A stretch of 38,573 nt of DNA from Burkholderiales bacterium (lineage in GTDB: Bacteria; Pseudomonadota; Gammaproteobacteria; Burkholderiales; SHXO01), in NCBI GenBank assembly GCA_038240725.1, contig JBBRGM010000001.1, forward strand, positions 1 through 38,573, in the 5' to 3' direction. A program made the position numbers and the translations under genes. Below, one piece after another: positions 37,408 through 38,573 of this stretch; the stretch's first letter is position 1; the number at the start of each line of letters is the position of its first letter. The notes beneath the pieces are model-generated. The model was not told where the DNA came from, made no database searches, and saw only the letters and a list, made by a program, of their open reading frames with translations.

Positions 37408-38417
37408 GCCGCGTGCCTTCGACCAGCACGCGGCACCGGCCGGAGAAGCGTGCCGCGCTGATGAGCTCGCTGGTCGCCATTGTGATGGCGCTGGCCATCG
37501 GCGTCGCCGTCGCGGATGACTATCCGACCCACCCGATGCGCCTCGTCGTGCCGTTCCCCGCGGGCGGCACGTCGGACATCATCGGCCGCGTCATGGCCGA
37601 ATATTCGAGCCGCCTGCTCAAGCAGCAGATGATCGTCGAGAACCGCGCAGGCGCCGGCGGCAACATCGGTACTGAGGCGGTCGCGCATGCGGCACCCGAT
37701 GGTTACACGTTGTCGCTGTGTACGATCGGCACTTGCGCGATCAATGCGAGCATGTATGCAACCACCGGCTACGACATCGCACGCGATTTCGCGCCGGTCA
37801 TTCTCGTCGGCCAAGTGGTCAACATCCTCGCCGTCAATCCTGCGCTCAAAGCCGCTTCGATGAAGGAGCTGGTCGCACTTGCGAAAAGCAAACCCGGCGT
37901 GTTGACCTACGGCTCATCGGGCTACGGCAGCTCGCCGGAAAGATGCGGCGAGCTGTTGAAATCGATCGCCGGCATCGATGTCGTGCATGTCCCGTACAAA
38001 GGCTCGGCACCGGCCATCATCGACCTGCGCGCCGGGCAGATTCAAATGTTCTTCGACAACGCGCCATCGATTTTGCCGCATGTGAAGGCCGGCGCCGTCC
38101 GCGCGCTCGCAACCACGGGGGCGCAGCGCGCAAAAGTGTTGCCCGACATCCCTACCATGGAAGAATCGGGATTCCCGGGCTTCGTGATCACGCCTTGGTG
38201 GGGTGTGCTGGTACCGGCGCGCACGCCGGCGCCGATCGTCGCCAGGCTCAATCAAGTAATGAATGCAGTGCTGAAGGATCCCATCGTGATGAAGCGCTTC
38301 GATGAGCTCGGCGTCGATATCGTCGGCGGCAGCGCAGAGCATCTTGGAACCTATATGCAATCTGAATCGGCGAGATGGGGCAAGCTCGTCCGCAGTCGAA
38401 ACATTCGCGCAGAATAA
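37404..38417 (+). CDS. Bug-family (TctC-like) tripartite tricarboxylate transporter substrate-binding protein
   Basis: 337 aa. Signal peptide (LVAIVMALAIGVAVA), then YPTHPMRLVVPFPAGGTSDIIGR and VENRAGAGGNIG, hallmarks of the Bug/TctC family. The alternative start is ATG 37461. Confidence 0.9.
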   Translation: MSRVPSTSTRHRPEKRAALMSSLVAIVMALAIGVAVADDYPTHPMRLVVPFPAGGTSDIIGRVMAEYSSRLLKQQMIVENRAGAGGNIGTEAVAHAAPDGYTLSLCTIGTCAINASMYATTGYDIARDFAPVILVGQVVNILAVNPALKAASMKELVALAKSKPGVLTYGSSGYGSSPERCGELLKSIAGIDVVHVPYKGSAPAIIDLRAGQIQMFFDNAPSILPHVKAGAVRALATTGAQRAKVLPDIPTMEESGFPGFVITPWWGVLVPARTPAPIVARLNQVMNAVLKDPIVMKRFDELGVDIVGGSAEHLGTYMQSESARWGKLVRSRNIRAE

Positions 38418-38429
38418 AAAGGAGCATGC

Positions 38430-38573
38430 ATGGACAAACCGCGCGGTATTCCTCCGAAGTTGCTGATCATCGACGCGGTCGGCGTCATCCTGGCCGGGGT
38501 CGGCTTGGCCGGACTGGTCACCGACCTGTCGCGCACCGTACCGTTGCTCGCAGACAAAACCACCGCCGGCATC
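38430..38573 (+). CDS. 5' end of a hypothetical small membrane protein (partial, runs off the window)
   Basis: AAAAAGGAG SD (38416-38424) lies 5 nt before ATG 38430. The frame is open to the window end, with GC-rich third positions and a hydrophobic stretch (LLIIDAVGVILAGVGLAGLV). Confidence 0.5.
   Translation, partial: MDKPRGIPPKLLIIDAVGVILAGVGLAGLVTDLSRTVPLLADKTTAGI

Overview
GC-rich proteobacterial chromosome segment. The gene order (murB between murC and ddl) and a Bug-family binding protein suggest a betaproteobacterium, but the taxon is an inference. This is mostly ordinary, tightly packed core genome, and I see no convincing new multi-gene system. There is no CRISPR array, tRNA or rRNA, IS element, integrase or phage module.

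Bases 105-22893 form one co-directional minus-strand block:
- rsmI, pyrC, a GFA-family gene and a YfcE-like phosphoesterase
- RNase P RNA (rnpB)
- a strong sigma70-type Pmra promoter with three phased MraZ boxes
- a complete dcw cluster: mraZ-rsmH-ftsL-ftsI-murE-murF-mraY-murD-ftsW-murG-murC-murB-ddl-ftsQ-ftsA-ftsZ
- lpxC and a small 2-TM ORF

Many junctions in this block show stop/start overlaps (ATGA or GTGA).

Divergent from rsmI is the conserved yraM-N-O-P-type set: lpoA-like, yraN, diaA-like SIS and the BON lipoprotein dolP.

The right third is more accessory-like:
- a photolyase / CFA-synthase-like pair preceded by a small secreted ORF
- a 504-nt ORF-free spacer
- an orphan methyl-accepting chemotaxis protein
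- hldC
- a YddA/SbmA-type ABC exporter-fold transporter
- SPOR-like, coaX and birA genes
- an unknown 182-aa protein carrying a perfect 21-bp in-frame duplication
- a Bug-family binding protein

Items worth a second look:
1. A 54-codon ORF with a good SD fills an atypical 187-nt murG-murC spacer.
2. rnpB is about 517 nt, with a roughly 110-nt structured insertion.
3. The MCP has an Aer-like topology: the sensor domain has no N-terminal TM and sits ahead of a TM hairpin.
4. The ORF-free GC-rich spacer at 28654-29157.
5. The 21-bp tandem duplication.

The many long ORFs antisense to the real genes are GC-driven shadow ORFs.
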